The notes under the pieces: model-generated
Told to the model about the DNA's origin: nothing
The model's input: the letters and a program-made list of their open reading frames with translations, nothing else
Database searches by the model: none
Part shown: positions 1-9,694 of the stretch, one piece after another
Position numbering within the stretch: the first letter of the stretch is position 1
Layout: each line of letters starts with the position of its first letter
Origin: an uncultured virus (IMG/VR IMGVR_UViG_3300049827_000124)
Taxonomy: Duplodnaviria; Heunggongvirae; Uroviricota; Caudoviricetes
DNA: 64,000 bases
Reading direction: 5' to 3' (one strand)
Virus record (IMG/VR): IMGVR_UViG_3300049827_000124
Translations under genes and position numbers: made by a program

Positions 1-2
1 CT

Positions 3-305
3 GAAGGTCCTATCGTATTAACGGTAACAGGAATCATTAATGACTTAAACGACGGTATCGATCGTGATGGCATTGCAACTAAGTACAACTTGACTAAAGC
101 TGAGGTAACTGAGCTATTCAAGCACCCAAAGCTTGCTGGCCTACGTGCTCGTAAGAAGATTCCAGTACGTTTTACATTGGTAGATGACACAATCGTTACT
201 AAGTCTGATCTTAATCAATTAGAGCAGCATGGAGATGTTAATCAAATGGATTTGCTAGATGCTATCCAAGATCATCAAGCAGCTGAAGAATCAATTAGCA
301 ACTGA
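3..305 (+). CDS. 5'-truncated hypothetical protein, possible helix-turn-helix DNA-binding protein
   Basis: Frame is open from position 3 (EGPIVLTVTGIINDLNDGIDRDGIATKYNLTKAEVTELFKHP...), so the true start lies outside the window; RDGIATKYNLTKAEV is HTH-like. Confidence 0.6.
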   Translation, partial: EGPIVLTVTGIINDLNDGIDRDGIATKYNLTKAEVTELFKHPKLAGLRARKKIPVRFTLVDDTIVTKSDLNQLEQHGDVNQMDLLDAIQDHQAAEESISN

Positions 306-370
306 GAGTTCCGTCAGCAACAGGACATCGTTTATAGAACATATTTTCGTTAATTTAAATTCAAAACAAA

Positions 371-1135
371 ATGGCAATTGAGTCAAACAATTCAGAAGAA
401 GTAGTAGCAGGTGGTTATCAGTTATATACTGGTATCGCAGCTGTTAGTGTAGTAGCAGTTAATCCAACTCAATCAGAGTTGCAAGCTATTGGTATTAATG
501 CTAAGGAAGATCCTAAGTATAACGTAGAAATCAATGGAGAAGAGTACAATAAGATTGTATTCTATCTTCGTCACGATGATCCAAACATTACTGTAAGATT
601 TGATATCTTGGCTAAGCCTGAGCACCGTATGTCAAAGAACGGTAAGGCAATGTGGATTAACAACGTTGGTCAGATGACTTGGAGTGGAGACGTTCCTTCT
701 TACGACTGGTGGAAGAATTCAGAATCAAGCCGTAAAGCTTATGTTGGAGAAGATACTCTTATCAACTTCACTAAAGCTTGGGCTAACGTAGCAAATGGTG
801 GAAAGATTTCTTTCGATACTATTGATGCTATTGCTAAAGGTGATGTACGTGAGTTGAAAGAGCTTGTGAAAGCTTTGTCAGCTAACAAACTTCGTGTACT
901 TATCGGTGTTAAAGACGAGAAGTATCAGACAGTTTACAACCGTCACTTTGGTCGATTGAAGCCAGCTAACGATAGCTTGTTTGTTAAAGCTTTGAATGAG
1001 GACTACGGTTCTTTCAATGCTGAGTATAGCAAAGACCTTAAGTTTGGGGTTTATTCACCAACTTTAATTACGGCTGATACAGCGTCAGAAGAGACTCCTT
1101 TCAAGGACGACTCTAAGGACGAGTGGGATGCATAA
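371..1135 (+). CDS. putative single-stranded DNA-binding / replication protein
   Basis: 254 aa with acidic-aromatic C-terminal tail (PFKDDSKDEWDA); directly upstream of primase; followed by a terminator. Confidence 0.55.
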   Translation: MAIESNNSEEVVAGGYQLYTGIAAVSVVAVNPTQSELQAIGINAKEDPKYNVEINGEEYNKIVFYLRHDDPNITVRFDILAKPEHRMSKNGKAMWINNVGQMTWSGDVPSYDWWKNSESSRKAYVGEDTLINFTKAWANVANGGKISFDTIDAIAKGDVRELKELVKALSANKLRVLIGVKDEKYQTVYNRHFGRLKPANDSLFVKALNEDYGSFNAEYSKDLKFGVYSPTLITADTASEETPFKDDSKDEWDA

Positions 1136-1150
1136 TTGAAACCTTAACCA

Positions 1151-1192
1151 AAAAACAAACAGGGGTTACAGAAATGTGCCCCTTTTGTTTTT
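1151..1192 (+). terminator. intrinsic terminator
   Basis: AAAAACAAAC-AGGGG-TTACA GAAA TGTG-CCCCT-TTTGTTTTT hairpin plus T tract after 371..1135. Confidence 0.8.
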
Positions 1193-1206
1193 AATTTAGC
1201 CTCCTT

Positions 1207-2193
1207 ATGATTGAATCAAGAAGCAGTGATGCATACTTGCATAAGGATTCTATTTTGTGTAAGATATCTGAGTACGATATATTCAGATATTATTGTCACA
1301 ATTTTAAGAATTTTGGTGACAAGTTTTGCAGTGAGTTAAGAGAGGACAGATCTCCTACATGTTCGATAGTTCCTTGGAAAGGAAGAGTTATCTATAAAGA
1401 TTTTGGAAGTGGGGAAAGCCATGATTGCTTTTCGTATGTACAAGCCAAATTCAATTTAACTTTCTCAGAAGCCATGAGAGTTATTGACACAGATTTTGGG
1501 TTAGGTTTACAAAGTGGGTCCGTTATAAAGAATCAAGTAGCTATTACATATGGTACTCAAGAGATTATCGAGAGACGTCCAACTAAGCTTGCAAAGAGAG
1601 CAAGAAGGTGGTCATTGGAAGATAAAGAATTCTGGGAAAAGTACTATATCACTAAGAGTTTATTGATTAAATTTGATGTCGAACCAATAGATTACTTTTG
1701 GATTAATGAAGCACGTTACGTTTGTCACACTCCTAGTTATGTATATAACATCAATGGTCGTTATAAAATCTATAGACCATATGAAACTGAGGGTAAATGG
1801 TATAGCAACACTTCTAAAGATGACATTCAAGGGTGGAGTCAGCTAAAAGATAATGGAGACATTGTCATATTAGCTTCTTCTCTCAAGGATGTCATGTGCC
1901 TTAATGTATTGGGGTATCAGGCAGTAGCCTTGCAGAGTGAGATGCAGATGCCCGATCCAAAGTTAATCAGTAATTTGCAAAAGAGATTTAGCATTGTAGC
2001 TGTACTATACGATAATGATTTTGAAAAGGAAGCAAATCCAGGTCAGACAATGGCCAATAAAATTTGTACAGAATTCAATTTAATTAATGTAATTTTACCA
2101 GCACATTACAAATCGAAAGACATCTCTGACTTAATGAAGAATCATGGAATCGAGATAGCTCAGAAAATTGTGCAAATACAACTACCACTTTAA
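1207..2193 (+). CDS. dnaG: DnaG-type DNA primase
   Basis: N-terminal zinc-finger-like region (FCSELREDRSPTC..YKDFG..DCF); TOPRIM-like SSLKDVMCL, YDND and KDISD motifs. Confidence 0.85.
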   Translation: MIESRSSDAYLHKDSILCKISEYDIFRYYCHNFKNFGDKFCSELREDRSPTCSIVPWKGRVIYKDFGSGESHDCFSYVQAKFNLTFSEAMRVIDTDFGLGLQSGSVIKNQVAITYGTQEIIERRPTKLAKRARRWSLEDKEFWEKYYITKSLLIKFDVEPIDYFWINEARYVCHTPSYVYNINGRYKIYRPYETEGKWYSNTSKDDIQGWSQLKDNGDIVILASSLKDVMCLNVLGYQAVALQSEMQMPDPKLISNLQKRFSIVAVLYDNDFEKEANPGQTMANKICTEFNLINVILPAHYKSKDISDLMKNHGIEIAQKIVQIQLPL

Positions 2194-2676
2194 ATGGCCA
2201 AACGACGAAACCCTAGATCTAGTATCAAATCCAAAGGATTAACTAAAGGAAAAATACAAGCTATAAAAACACAAGTAGATGGAATTAAATTCAAGTCAAT
2301 GCTTGAAGTATTCTGCTACAAGAAACTGAAAGAGCTTGGAGTATCTTTTACTTATGAGGAACACTCGTATCAATTGACTGATGCCTTCTACTATCCTTGT
2401 CCAATATTTGAGACCAAAGGAACAAGTAAAGAGTTTGTCGATAAGAGTAAGGATAAGATTCGTGGGATTTCGTATACACCAGACTTTGTGAGTCATGATG
2501 CAGATGGTAAGCTGCTATGGGTAATAGAATGTAAAGGTTTTGCTAACGACAGGTTTCCAAACACTTGGAAGAACTTTAAGAAGCATCTAATCGATACTGA
2601 TTCTGTCTGTCCGTTATTCTTACCAAAAGATCAAAAACAAATTTTACAAGTAATTCAGCTCATTTCTGAGCTATAA
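2194..2676 (+). CDS. PD-(D/E)XK endonuclease, T7 endonuclease I-like Holliday junction resolvase
   Basis: FKSMLE...YTPDF...IECKG motif pattern. Confidence 0.75.
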   Translation: MAKRRNPRSSIKSKGLTKGKIQAIKTQVDGIKFKSMLEVFCYKKLKELGVSFTYEEHSYQLTDAFYYPCPIFETKGTSKEFVDKSKDKIRGISYTPDFVSHDADGKLLWVIECKGFANDRFPNTWKNFKKHLIDTDSVCPLFLPKDQKQILQVIQLISEL

Positions 2677-2687
2677 ATTTAAACTTC

Positions 2688-3053
2688 ATGAGCCTAACTA
2701 TTAATGAAGGCTCTGATTATCTTAAACCACATACTTTTCAAAGAGGGGATTTAATTTTTATTTCTATTGCTAATGGATTGCATTACGGTATCTATGATGG
2801 CATGAGAGATGAAGACAAGGTGTACTATTATCATATAGCAGGTCCTTGGCATAGTCGTAATATATATGAAAAAAATGCTAAAAATGGAGATTCCTCATGG
2901 TTGTATAAGAAAATTAACGATCCTAAACAAGGATCTGTTGATTATACTAACACCGATGGAAATAAAAGAATACTCCCTATCCCACAAGAAATGTGTACTA
3001 AGATGTTATTAGAGATTCAACACGATTTTAAAAAAGCTAGAAACTTATTATGA
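2688..3053 (+). CDS. hypothetical protein
   Basis: 121-aa ORF in the operon; stop overlaps the next start (ATGA). Confidence 0.7.
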   Translation: MSLTINEGSDYLKPHTFQRGDLIFISIANGLHYGIYDGMRDEDKVYYYHIAGPWHSRNIYEKNAKNGDSSWLYKKINDPKQGSVDYTNTDGNKRILPIPQEMCTKMLLEIQHDFKKARNLL

Positions 3054-5872
3054 GTATCAAACAGATTGACAATGAATTTGTCGGTTCAGACACTGGTGTT
3101 GCTAAACGAATTAATCGTGGTGCAGAGAAACTAGTGTTTGACATATTACAAGCCACACAGTATTCTACTCCAATCCCTTCAACCGTCAGAGAGCTGGTAA
3201 CAAATGCCTGCGATTCTCAACGAGAGAAGGAGATTGCCATAGAGATATTGACTGGCCAGAAAACTGTGGAAGATTATTACATCAATCGAGAAGGTGAGCA
3301 GTACGAAGACAGTAACTTCGATCCTAGTTATTACAGCATAACTAATCTTGATGTAGTAAACAAACACATTGACGTTATCTACAAGCACAATGCTGGAGTT
3401 GGATATTGTGATCAGTTCACAATTAAAGACTATGGTGTTGGTATCGGAGGTAGACGTTTAGAAGGTATCCTAGAATTAGGTTATTCAACTAAACGTAATA
3501 CCTCAGAGAATTTTGGTGCCTTCGGTTTAGGTGCTAAAGTTGCATTATCTACGGGTGTAGACTTCTACACTATTGAAACCATTTATAATGGGAAACGATT
3601 CAAAGCAAATTGCTTTAATTACAAGACTGATTTCTTAATTCCACGATTTAATCTTAGTACTGGCCAAGAGAATCCATACATCGAATTTACCGATGGGACT
3701 AAAGTTTATTACGAGCCAACTGTTGAATTGAATACAACTGAGATTTCATTTAAAATAAAGAAGCACAATGCAGATCGTTTCTTAGATGCAGTCAGTGAGC
3801 AATTAACTTACTTGAGCAATGTTAGATTTCATGTGATTGAAGAGAACGGTCATCAAAGAGAGATCGACTTCAAACCTAGTGTAATCTACAACTCAAAGCA
3901 TTTGATTATCACTGAGAGTAACTACTATGCACGTCCACACATTGTCATTGTTAAAGCAGAGGGAGCAACCACTGGTATTAACTATGGTCACGTGGATTTC
4001 CGAGAGTTGGAGATGGAGCAGTTATATGGGGCAGTTGGTCTGAAGTGTCCTATACGACAAGTGTACAAGAATGAACAGGGGGAAGAAGTAGTTATTCAAG
4101 ATGGAGTCGATGTTACTCCGAGCCGTGAAAAAGTAATCTGGTCTGATCATACTAAACAGTTTGTGCAGAACTTGATTCTTAAAGCAGGTAAGGAAGCAAC
4201 AGAGCTTGTGCAAGAGAAGCTGAACGAAACAGATTTCTTGAAGTGGGTAGATGCATGTAAGAATGTAGTATTCTCAGGAAGGATAAACGAAGATTATTCT
4301 GCTAATGGTAGAGTATTACAAGCCATGAGTAGAATCATTGACACGAAGTCTTTAAAGCCGGTATATCCAGTGAACAAACGAATTAAGTTTGAGCACATGG
4401 GAAAGGTATTTGAAGGGTTTAACGTCAGACTTCATACTCTGTCTAACAAGCTTGAGAACGGAGAGTTTAAGATAGTTTCTAATACTACTGATGTTGATAC
4501 TTGGGAAAAGTTTGACATTGCTAAAGTGTATTTTAGAAAAGAAGGATTTACCAGACTTAAAGATGCATATCTTATGAAAGAGAATGGTGGTTCTTTTATA
4601 TCTATCAGAAAGAAATCCACTCAAGATTTAGAAGACAAGTGTGATAATCCTGCTACACGACCAGAAGATTTAGTATTGTATGAAGCTGAGTTAGGGAAGA
4701 TTAAGAGAAACCAATTAGAAGTTGAGAAGTATTTATCAGAGTCAGAAAGCTACAGAGTTTATGATGATGTGATAGTTCCTGATGACTTTGAGGCTAGTCT
4801 TAAAGAGGAGGAAGAAGTATTAGCTGCTACAGGTGGAGGAACTCAAAGGTTAACTCCTGCTGAACTTCGTGAGTTGAACAAGCAGATTGTAGGTTACACT
4901 GTTCGTCCTGGTACTGCAAGAAGTGCTGTTGAATGGAATGATTCTGTATGGGATAAGGTAGAGCCAAAGTTATCTGAACTTAGAGCTACTGAAACTATTA
5001 TCTACTATGGTACAGATGAAGATGCAGATAAGCTTAAGTTAGCTGCTGAGATTTTAAGTGACTTTTCTCCTAGAATTGATCATGTTTATCCTGGCTGCAC
5101 TTATACTCCTCCTTATTCTAATGGTAGAAATGACCCTATGCATTTCTATATGTGTCATCCTACAAGATTTACTGATAGTAAAGGAGAGCTTAGTCAATAT
5201 CCTATGGGGACTAAAGTCAATAGAGACTTTAAAACTCCACAGTTAATTAAGCTCAGTGAGGCTAATGTAAAACAGGTGAAGAATGTTGAGAATATCCGAC
5301 ATATCGATGAGTTTTTCTACAGTGTGACTGAGAATGACTACATTACTTGTAGCCCATATCTTAGAATATACTATGCTGCTCATCGTCTTGAAACTTGTGA
5401 TCTTAAGCATTTCTTTGATCATCTGCAATCTATCAATCCTTTGTTTGGTAAGATGTATGATCAGATTATGGAAATTACAGGTAAGATATCTTTTAAGTTA
5501 AAGAATAGCTCTCATCCATTACTTGATGAAGTGTTTACAAGACTGAATAAGATGTATGCTTTAGAGTATGTATGCAAGACTTCTCCTGATGATAAGGAGA
5601 CTATTGCTAATACAGCAAGCAACTTGTTTATGCTAGCAGACATTCCAGGAGCTGAGATTCGTATTCCAGGGTTTGAAGCTGTGTATTCTTTCTATAAAGA
5701 TTTCATAGAAACTTCTCAACATATCCTAAGTCAGATTTCTAGTTATAAGTTTGATGAAGAAGATACGAAACGTGAGATTCAGCTGTATCTAAAAGCAAAA
5801 GGGTTACTCGAAATGACCATTCCTGTTGATGAAATTAATGAGTTCGAGTCATTTATTTCAGTAAATTTGTAA
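3050..5872 (+). CDS. rIIA: rIIA-like protein with N-terminal GHKL (HATPase_c) ATPase
   Basis: GHKL motifs VRELVTNACDS, IKDYGVG, STKR..GAFGLGAK; VDVTPSRE motif; followed by an rIIB-like gene. Confidence 0.8.
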   Translation: MSIKQIDNEFVGSDTGVAKRINRGAEKLVFDILQATQYSTPIPSTVRELVTNACDSQREKEIAIEILTGQKTVEDYYINREGEQYEDSNFDPSYYSITNLDVVNKHIDVIYKHNAGVGYCDQFTIKDYGVGIGGRRLEGILELGYSTKRNTSENFGAFGLGAKVALSTGVDFYTIETIYNGKRFKANCFNYKTDFLIPRFNLSTGQENPYIEFTDGTKVYYEPTVELNTTEISFKIKKHNADRFLDAVSEQLTYLSNVRFHVIEENGHQREIDFKPSVIYNSKHLIITESNYYARPHIVIVKAEGATTGINYGHVDFRELEMEQLYGAVGLKCPIRQVYKNEQGEEVVIQDGVDVTPSREKVIWSDHTKQFVQNLILKAGKEATELVQEKLNETDFLKWVDACKNVVFSGRINEDYSANGRVLQAMSRIIDTKSLKPVYPVNKRIKFEHMGKVFEGFNVRLHTLSNKLENGEFKIVSNTTDVDTWEKFDIAKVYFRKEGFTRLKDAYLMKENGGSFISIRKKSTQDLEDKCDNPATRPEDLVLYEAELGKIKRNQLEVEKYLSESESYRVYDDVIVPDDFEASLKEEEEVLAATGGGTQRLTPAELRELNKQIVGYTVRPGTARSAVEWNDSVWDKVEPKLSELRATETIIYYGTDEDADKLKLAAEILSDFSPRIDHVYPGCTYTPPYSNGRNDPMHFYMCHPTRFTDSKGELSQYPMGTKVNRDFKTPQLIKLSEANVKQVKNVENIRHIDEFFYSVTENDYITCSPYLRIYYAAHRLETCDLKHFFDHLQSINPLFGKMYDQIMEITGKISFKLKNSSHPLLDEVFTRLNKMYALEYVCKTSPDDKETIANTASNLFMLADIPGAEIRIPGFEAVYSFYKDFIETSQHILSQISSYKFDEEDTKREIQLYLKAKGLLEMTIPVDEINEFESFISVNL
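5862..5869 (+). promoter_or_regulatory. Bacteroidota-type -7 promoter box (TAAATTTG)
   Basis: Matches TAnnTTTG, 26 nt before the rIIB ATG. Confidence 0.45.
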
Positions 5873-5895
5873 TACAAATAATAACAAAATCTTAT

Positions 5896-7065
5896 ATGAT
5901 TAGTTTAAATGTAATCGATGGAAACATCGTAGGATCTTATGGAGAGAAGTCATTCTCTGTAAAGTACAAGGAAGAGTTGTACAAACAAATGCAAGAGTTA
6001 GCTGCAAAGGCTGACAAAGCAGAAACAATGGACGAGTTGAGAGGTATCTTAGATACTTTCGATGGCTTGGCTGTTGAGGATTACACTGAGCTTATCCAAG
6101 ATAAGTGTGAGCACATCTTTGTTAACAGTACTACTGGAGAGTTCTTCTTGAAGACTGGTGAGGTAGTATCTAACATTCCAATGCCAGCGGCTTTAGTAGA
6201 GAGAATCTATGAGTCTATGGACATGGGGTTAGATTTCATGCCACTTATCAAGATGTGGACTCGTTGGCTACGTAATCCAATTCTTTGGAAGAAGATGAAG
6301 GCTGGTACAGGAGAAGAGTTCTCTGAGAGATTCTTCAACTTCATCAATCTAAAGTATGTTCACCCTGTTCTATTCAAAGAACTTGTTGAAGAGAAGGGAT
6401 TGAATGAAGACGTAGCTGCAAAGAAGGCTACTATGTATCAGATGAAGATTACCAAGGAAGGTTTATTGAATGGTTACAAAGTTTCTTCTGAAGTTTTGCA
6501 CAAGTTCGATGCTGAAACTGGAGAGGTAGTGGATCGTTATGCACGTACATTCAATGTAGACACTGGAGAAATTGAGTCAGAAGGCTTACCAGAGTTTGTA
6601 GAGGATCGTGTGTTCCAACCTGCTATTATGGGAGAAGGTGGAGATGCATTCTATTGTGAAGGTCCTAACGGTTATGCTAACCCTGGCCACTTCATTAAAG
6701 TAGGATGTACTCATCGTCTTGCATCTTGGGATCAGGTTAATACTAATGACCATCAAGCATGTGTACCTGGCTTACACTTCGGAGGTCTTGAGTATATTAA
6801 CCGTATCTCAGGTGAGATTCACAACATCTTTGTAGACCCGATGCACATCGGAGCCGTTCCAGATGATAACACTGGAGCTATCCGTTGTCTTCAGTATTTT
6901 GTGCATTCAAGTTTGGCAGGTGTAAATGGTTCCATTTATCACTCTTCAACTTATGCAGCAAAGACTGATGCTGAATGGGCTACAGCTCGTAAAGAGGCAG
7001 TAGAGAAATCTTTCTCTCGTATTGAAGAAATAAAAGCAGCCGTTGCTAGAATAAACAACTTGTAA
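5896..7065 (+). CDS. rIIB: rIIB-like protein
   Basis: PLIKMWTRWLRNP, KITKEGLLNGYK, ACVPGLHFGGLEY, VDPMHIGAVP, IRCLQY pattern typical of rIIB; adjacent to rIIA. Confidence 0.8.
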   Translation: MISLNVIDGNIVGSYGEKSFSVKYKEELYKQMQELAAKADKAETMDELRGILDTFDGLAVEDYTELIQDKCEHIFVNSTTGEFFLKTGEVVSNIPMPAALVERIYESMDMGLDFMPLIKMWTRWLRNPILWKKMKAGTGEEFSERFFNFINLKYVHPVLFKELVEEKGLNEDVAAKKATMYQMKITKEGLLNGYKVSSEVLHKFDAETGEVVDRYARTFNVDTGEIESEGLPEFVEDRVFQPAIMGEGGDAFYCEGPNGYANPGHFIKVGCTHRLASWDQVNTNDHQACVPGLHFGGLEYINRISGEIHNIFVDPMHIGAVPDDNTGAIRCLQYFVHSSLAGVNGSIYHSSTYAAKTDAEWATARKEAVEKSFSRIEEIKAAVARINNL

Positions 7066-7076
7066 ATTAAGCTAAG

Positions 7077-7850
7077 ATGGAAGAAATATTAGACCAGAGT
7101 GTAGGACCAGTGGAACCGATATGTCTAATTGATGGAGATAGCTTAATTTATTATGAGATGGACAAGACAACCCTGGAGGAAGCCTTACAAGGGCTAGACT
7201 CCAGGATCTTGACCATTCTTGAACAATGCAAAACCCCTACATATGTTGGCTTTCTTACAGATCATAATTGTTTCCGTTACCAAGTTAGTAAAGACTATAA
7301 AGCTAATCGGAAACATAGACCCAAACCTGTCATCTTCCCTGCCCTTCGAGAATACCTCAAACAAAAATGGGGATTCTACGGAGTTGAAGGATTAGAGGCT
7401 GACGATTTGGTAAGCTATTATGCTAAGAACGAACCACGTAAAACGATTATCTGCTCACCAGATAAGGATGTTCTTCATCAATGCCCAGGCATGCATTTCA
7501 ATTATCGTACTTGTGAATTCCTGCATACATCACCAGATGATGCATATCAATTCTTGTGGAAGCAAGTGTTGATGGGAGATAGTACAGATAATATTACAGG
7601 CATACCAGGAGTTGGTATTAAGACAGCCGAGAATTGGTTGATGGGGAGAACTAATGATGTTGAAGCATTTGTTTTGAAGAAATATATCGAGAAGTTTGGA
7701 AGTACAGAAGGCATTATGCAGTTCTATACTAACTTTAAACTTGTATATTTACTTCAAAGTCCTGAGGATATTCTCAGAGAGCTTCAGAATAATTTAGAAC
7801 CCTTAAAACCAATAACTCACTATGAGCCAGCAGATAACGACGGATGGTAA
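7077..7850 (+). CDS. 5'-3' exonuclease / flap endonuclease (T7 gp6, T4 RNase H family)
   Basis: LIDGD, YKANR, EADD, SPDKD and GDSTDNITGIPGVGIKTA motifs. Confidence 0.9.
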   Translation: MEEILDQSVGPVEPICLIDGDSLIYYEMDKTTLEEALQGLDSRILTILEQCKTPTYVGFLTDHNCFRYQVSKDYKANRKHRPKPVIFPALREYLKQKWGFYGVEGLEADDLVSYYAKNEPRKTIICSPDKDVLHQCPGMHFNYRTCEFLHTSPDDAYQFLWKQVLMGDSTDNITGIPGVGIKTAENWLMGRTNDVEAFVLKKYIEKFGSTEGIMQFYTNFKLVYLLQSPEDILRELQNNLEPLKPITHYEPADNDGW

Positions 7851-8625
7851 GATAATCTTTGCCCCCGTGAATGGAAGAACCATTCGTATGACAGGGAGTG
7901 TTGCAGACTATTCTAGAGTTTATGATGAAGAAGGGAAAACGATTACTGCTTTGGTAAATGGGAAATTAAAACATGATATAGGCTCTATTGTTAGAGGCCG
8001 TACAAAGAATCCCTACAAAGTAAATCATATTACCCCACTTTATAATGCTGTAAATCTTTTAGCTGGATATGATCTATCAGTCGCTAGACAAACTAAGTCT
8101 ACAATCTTTTTATGCCCAATGCTTGGAGGAAGGAGGGAGTTGTTTTATTGGGATAAGCTTTTAGTTAATGCATTCTTTGCTATACCGAACGAGGAGAATG
8201 TGATTGCATTACTATATAGATTTTCAGGAGATGCAGAATTCACAAAATTTGAACATGCTCTTGAACAATTTAGAAACTTTAAGTATAAGATTGATACTGA
8301 CCCGTACCATGTGTTGTTTGTGTTCGAGGTTCCTGAGGAAACTCGTGCATCTTATGAACATTTTGTTAACGGTCGGTACTCAGAGATAGATGATATTGTA
8401 AAACTTAAGATTTTGGATTATCATGGATTTAATATGGATGGGTCAACAGCTAAAATCCTATTCAAGTCTCCTTCGTTGAAGAAAGAGCTTGAGGAACAAT
8501 TAGACGTAACGATACCAGAAGAGAATGAACTCCATTCTCCACCAAAATTAAATGAAGAAACATTCGATCCAGAACTATATCATACAAGTAAATTAAAATT
8601 CGATAATACAAAATTCTTAAAATGA
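7822..8625 (+). CDS. hypothetical protein
   Basis: 267-aa ORF overlapping both neighbours; no recognised motif. Confidence 0.7.
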   Translation: MSQQITTDGKIIFAPVNGRTIRMTGSVADYSRVYDEEGKTITALVNGKLKHDIGSIVRGRTKNPYKVNHITPLYNAVNLLAGYDLSVARQTKSTIFLCPMLGGRRELFYWDKLLVNAFFAIPNEENVIALLYRFSGDAEFTKFEHALEQFRNFKYKIDTDPYHVLFVFEVPEETRASYEHFVNGRYSEIDDIVKLKILDYHGFNMDGSTAKILFKSPSLKKELEEQLDVTIPEENELHSPPKLNEETFDPELYHTSKLKFDNTKFLK

Positions 8626-8828
8626 GTAAACTGCTTGAACAGATCGGGGATTGGGGACCTATCCACACTAAGTTGGTAGAAGACCACCCCGGTCTTTACG
8701 GGCAGCTCAAAGAGTTCATTAAATTTCACAGAACAAATTACACTGTATATCCTGCTAGTCCAGAGGTGTACAAGGCGTTTGAGTTGTGTCAGATGAAGGA
8801 CCTTCGAGTTGTCATCATAGGGCAGGAT
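8622..8828 (+). CDS. ung: uracil-DNA glycosylase (family 1), exon 1
   Basis: VYPASPEVYKAF...LRVVIIGQD; ends on the catalytic Asp codon GAT (8826-8828). Confidence 0.9.
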
Positions 8829-8838
8829 TGAACAATAA

Positions 8839-8870
8839 CTTGCTTAATTGGATAATACTATGTATATTTG
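8839..8870 (+). promoter_or_regulatory. intron-internal promoter for the homing endonuclease
   Basis: CTTG (8839-8842), 20 nt, TATATTTG (8863-8870), 4 nt, ATG (8875). Confidence 0.6.
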
Positions 8871-8874
8871 TACT

Positions 8875-9534
8875 ATGAGAAAAGTAAATTACGTAGATAT
8901 TCCAGAAGCAAAGTTAGATAAGCTTGAGCAGTTTATTAGAGGATCTTTATTAGGAGATGGATCTATTCCAAAGAAAGATAGAGCATCTAGAAATTATAGA
9001 ATGACTTTTGGGCATGGGGAGAAGCAAAAAGAGTATTTAAAATGGAAACATGATTTTCTTGAAGAGTACCTTTTGTCAGGAGCTATTGTAAAAGTAATAG
9101 CTAAATCTGATCGATACATATCAGGACAATGTGTATCATACCATTCTAAAAGTAAAGCTCATCCTATATTTTCTAAGTATAGAGAACTTTATTACAAAGA
9201 CAAACGAGAAATTAATAGAGAGGACATAGTTAATTTAGATCTATTTGGATTAGCTATTTGGTATATGGATGATGGTAATATTTCTAAAGGAAAGAAAAGA
9301 TCTCCACATATTGAGTTAAACACTCAATCTTTTATGTCTGAAGATGTTACTTTTTTAGCACAACTACTTAGAGATAAGTGGGGAATTAAATGTGCTAGAA
9401 TGGCACATAGTAACATAATTAGGATTAGCTCGTATGATTGTAAAAAGTTTTTAAACTTAATAGAACCTTATAAAATAAATTGCATAGCTTATAAATGGGT
9501 CCTGGGTAAAGAGGAAGAATTGCTGGAAAGCTAA
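8875..9534 (+). CDS. intron-encoded LAGLIDADG homing endonuclease (two-motif)
   Basis: GSLLGDGSI and LAIWYMDDG motifs, ELNTQSF. The track start 8848 is TTG; ATG 8875 is preferred because of the promoter position. Confidence 0.9.
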   Translation: MRKVNYVDIPEAKLDKLEQFIRGSLLGDGSIPKKDRASRNYRMTFGHGEKQKEYLKWKHDFLEEYLLSGAIVKVIAKSDRYISGQCVSYHSKSKAHPIFSKYRELYYKDKREINREDIVNLDLFGLAIWYMDDGNISKGKKRSPHIELNTQSFMSEDVTFLAQLLRDKWGIKCARMAHSNIIRISSYDCKKFLNLIEPYKINCIAYKWVLGKEEELLES

Positions 9535-9694
9535 GTCAGAGATGATATGCCAATCAGCAGCCGAGCTTCAAGGAAGATTGAAGAAGGTTCAGAGACTAGG
9601 GACACTACGGTGAGCCCAAAGCATCCTCCACTTACAATAAAAGTAAGTGATGATATAGTCCGACCCTTATGGAAACATAAGTAAAATGTGATAG

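Larger units (their letters stand above)
8829..9694 (+). ncRNA. self-splicing group I intron (IA-like) in ung, 866 nt
   Basis: 5' exon ends in U, intron ends in G (9694). IGS AUGG-GUCCUG (9495-9504) pairs with exon 1 CAGGAU and exon 2 CCAU. P AATTGCTGGAAA 9518-9529, Q AATCAGCAG 9552-9560, R GTTCAGAGACTA 9587-9598, S ATGATATAGTCC 9650-9661; P3 GAGGA/TCCTC; P8 CACTTAC/GTAAGTG; P9 CTTATG-GAAA-CATAAG. Confidence 0.95.

Noticed and set aside
303..353. Possible TGA readthrough or frameshift extending the first ORF
   Set aside because: Adds only ~16 codons; no slippery site or supporting structure seen.
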